Part shown: positions 61,779 through 64,000 of the stretch, in pieces
How positions within the stretch are numbered: the stretch's first letter is position 1
How the letters are laid out: each line of letters starts with the position of its first letter
Assembly (NCBI GenBank): GCA_048938895.1
Contig: JBHLLU010000013.1
Span: 23,831 to 87,830 of the forward strand
Direction of reading: 5' to 3'
Origin: Promethearchaeota archaeon
GTDB lineage: Archaea; Asgardarchaeota; Lokiarchaeia; Sigyniarchaeales; SOKP01
Length of the DNA stretch: 64,000 bases
Notes under the pieces: model-generated
What the model was told of the DNA's origin: nothing
Seen by the model: only the letters and a program-made list of their open reading frames with translations
The model's database searches: none
Position numbers and translations under genes: made by a program

Positions 61779-63239
61779 TTAGTTATCTGGTGGGATTAAG
61801 AACGGAATAATTGTTTGTATATTTGGTAAAGTTTCAAGATTCCATATTGTTTCAATTAATTTTTTGGCTTTTAGTTGACCTAATATCGGTGTAATTAAGC
61901 TTTTAACTTTATTTTCAACATCCTTGCGATTCATAGGTCGTTCAGGGAATCCCAGGACGTGTTCGATGAAAATATCATGATGTTCACCATTTTTTAAGAC
62001 CACTTTTACTAGTGCGGATTCTACTCTGGGCTCTTTTTCTTGGCTGGGATCATGGATTAAGCTAATAAAATCCATTTTTTTTCTAATTGTTTCACTGGAC
62101 ATACGTTCATGTGATTGTGCCATGTTAAAGGATAGATCACCATCTTCTAAAATAACAGCCGTCAGATATGGTAAATTTAATGCGGGCATTGCCGCTTCAG
62201 AAAAAATACTTATATTTCCCGGCATCTTTATTTCAATTTTAGCGACTGATGTTCGGTCTATCTTTTTTATTAACTTTAGTAATCCTTCGATACTAGGTTG
62301 GATTGGACCACCTACGGGATATCGTTTGTAAGCTACTAAAGGCATCTCATAATCTATACCTAAATTATGGATTAACTTTTTTAAATCAAGATCCGAATCT
62401 ATCCCAATAAATATGGAGCTTAGCAACCAGTTTGGTGTCCCTTTAAAAGGATCTTCTACACCTGTAAATCCTTTATGAACCAGTAAAGCAGCAGATGCTC
62501 CATTTCTTGCAGGCATCCCAGCAAAAAGGAAAGCTTTTTCGATATGTTCTTCATCGCGAATCCAATTAAATGAACCTGATGCTTGTTGAACACAATATGC
62601 TAAAACATATCCAATTGAACTTTTTGGTAATTTTAATAGTGTAGCAGCAGCAGCAGCAGAACCAAACGTAGGGCCAACTCCATGAGATGATAATCCTGCG
62701 GTGCGTAGGTTTATCGTACCCAAAGCTTTGGGTAATCTACACGCTATTTCATAACCGATAACAACAGCATTGATTACATCTTCTCCAGATGCTTTTAGAG
62801 TTTCTCCAATCGATAATACAGTCGATATTATTGGAGGACCGGGTTGTACGAAAGCGGAAGGGCAAAAATCATTTATTTCTGCCGCATGAGCAGTTATTGC
62901 ATTAGCAAAAATAGCATCCAATAAAGTAGCGGTTTGATTTGTAGTAAGTAAATGTGCGGTATCTGCTTTTCCACCATTAAATAAAGCAAACTGACGACCA
63001 AGACGAGAAGGTTTTAACTTTGAACTAACTACCATTGAAGCTAAAGTGTCTAAGATATGACGTTTAGCTAGTTCAACTACTTCGTTTGGAATTGTGGTAA
63101 ATTGGCTTTCTGAAATGAATTTAGCTAAAGGTTCAGTAATAGAAGGAAAATCTAATTGGGATGAAGCTAAATGAGGATCTTTCCTCACCATTCTAATTAA
63201 CTCTCCCATTCGGTTTTTTTTTTCCTTCTTTTCCTCCAT
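61779..63239 (-). CDS. MmgE/PrpD family protein
   Basis: AKRHILDT, ANAITAHAAEIND, GYEI, KRYP, GFPERPM. Confidence 0.88.
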   Translation of the reverse strand: MEEKKEKKNRMGELIRMVRKDPHLASSQLDFPSITEPLAKFISESQFTTIPNEVVELAKRHILDTLASMVVSSKLKPSRLGRQFALFNGGKADTAHLLTTNQTATLLDAIFANAITAHAAEINDFCPSAFVQPGPPIISTVLSIGETLKASGEDVINAVVIGYEIACRLPKALGTINLRTAGLSSHGVGPTFGSAAAAATLLKLPKSSIGYVLAYCVQQASGSFNWIRDEEHIEKAFLFAGMPARNGASAALLVHKGFTGVEDPFKGTPNWLLSSIFIGIDSDLDLKKLIHNLGIDYEMPLVAYKRYPVGGPIQPSIEGLLKLIKKIDRTSVAKIEIKMPGNISIFSEAAMPALNLPYLTAVILEDGDLSFNMAQSHERMSSETIRKKMDFISLIHDPSQEKEPRVESALVKVVLKNGEHHDIFIEHVLGFPERPMNRKDVENKVKSLITPILGQLKAKKLIETIWNLETLPNIQTIIPFLIPPDN

Positions 63240-63280
63240 AATCTTCTCAAGTGTTGATACTTTAAAAAACAGATTCTAAT

Positions 63281-64000
63281 TCATAATATACTTTCCCATG
63301 CAATGCGTTCCTCATCCATTGGGGCATTGACAATTTCTGGATCTGGTTTTAGTATCATTGTAGCACGGTTATTCAGTTCATATTTTGGCCAGTTTGGAAG
63401 TCCTGGGTGATTGGGGTCTCCAATTTTCGCAAATGAAATCCATGTATCCATAATTAAATTCGAAAATGTTTCAAGTTCCTCCAGATTATCACGTCCAACC
63501 ATTACTTCTGTATTCGGGTTTGGATGGTCATAAGTTCCAAAAATAAATGGTAAATCGATTGTATGGCATGCACCGAGTAAATCCTTAAATAGAGGTGATT
63601 CAAACCCAAATAAGTAGCAATAAGTATTTTGTTGATTTTGGCATTGTGCTTCGGCAATACGGATAACTGGTATTCTATATGCCTCATCAGTGTTGATAGT
63701 ATACGCAATTTCATAGGGTTCTACTGGTAATTTACCCTTTCTAGCTTTTTTGTATGTCTCAATTAATGTTTTTGAATCCTTTTCTGATTTACCATAAAAT
63801 TTCATATATTTATTAGTAAATCTTAATAAACTCCCCTCATCCATTTTTTGGTGTCTTTTATGTATTACTTCAATTTGGTTTGCTCTGATTAATCCTCTAT
63901 TATAAACTTTCCTCTCATCTACTGTGTTTCCTATAAGTAAAGGAATATCTTTTGCGAAACCATTCCGAATGGCATCCAAAGGTAAAACTGGAATAGTTTC
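63281..64000 (-). CDS. Type-B carboxylesterase, C-terminal part (truncated by window edge)
   Basis: LLIGNTVDE, GACHTIDLPFIFG, WISFAKIGDPN, WPKY. Confidence 0.9.
   Translation of the reverse strand, partial: ETIPVLPLDAIRNGFAKDIPLLIGNTVDERKVYNRGLIRANQIEVIHKRHQKMDEGSLLRFTNKYMKFYGKSEKDSKTLIETYKKARKGKLPVEPYEIAYTINTDEAYRIPVIRIAEAQCQNQQNTYCYLFGFESPLFKDLLGACHTIDLPFIFGTYDHPNPNTEVMVGRDNLEELETFSNLIMDTWISFAKIGDPNHPGLPNWPKYELNNRATMILKPDPEIVNAPMDEERIAWESIL

Overview
AT-rich archaeal DNA, most consistent with an Asgard archaeon (Lokiarchaeia-like). Support: a very eukaryote-like actin, a profilin-like domain, an Smc5/6-like SMC-kleisin-kite operon, a divergent small GTPase, GGTGA/GAGGTG Shine-Dalgarno sites, oligo-T terminators and a eukaryote-type SECIS. 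About 60 CDS; I saw no rRNA, tRNA, CRISPR array or transposase. Main discovery candidates: (1) a probable unannotated selenoprotein ending an arsR/acr3 arsenic-resistance cluster. It has tandem in-frame UGA-UGA codons (16955-16960), a 39-codon open continuation and a eukaryote-type SECIS (17087-17122). (2) An actin operon encoding a profilin-TrmB transcription-factor fusion, with a TrmB-type palindrome next to the actin TATA box (possible actin-sensing feedback). Also notable: a degenerate AAA+ heading the SMC operon, a BpsA-SpeD fusion, a PadR operon with two atypical UvrA proteins, a GC-rich katG, and genes that need non-canonical start codons. All calls come from reading motifs by eye; no database searches were run.
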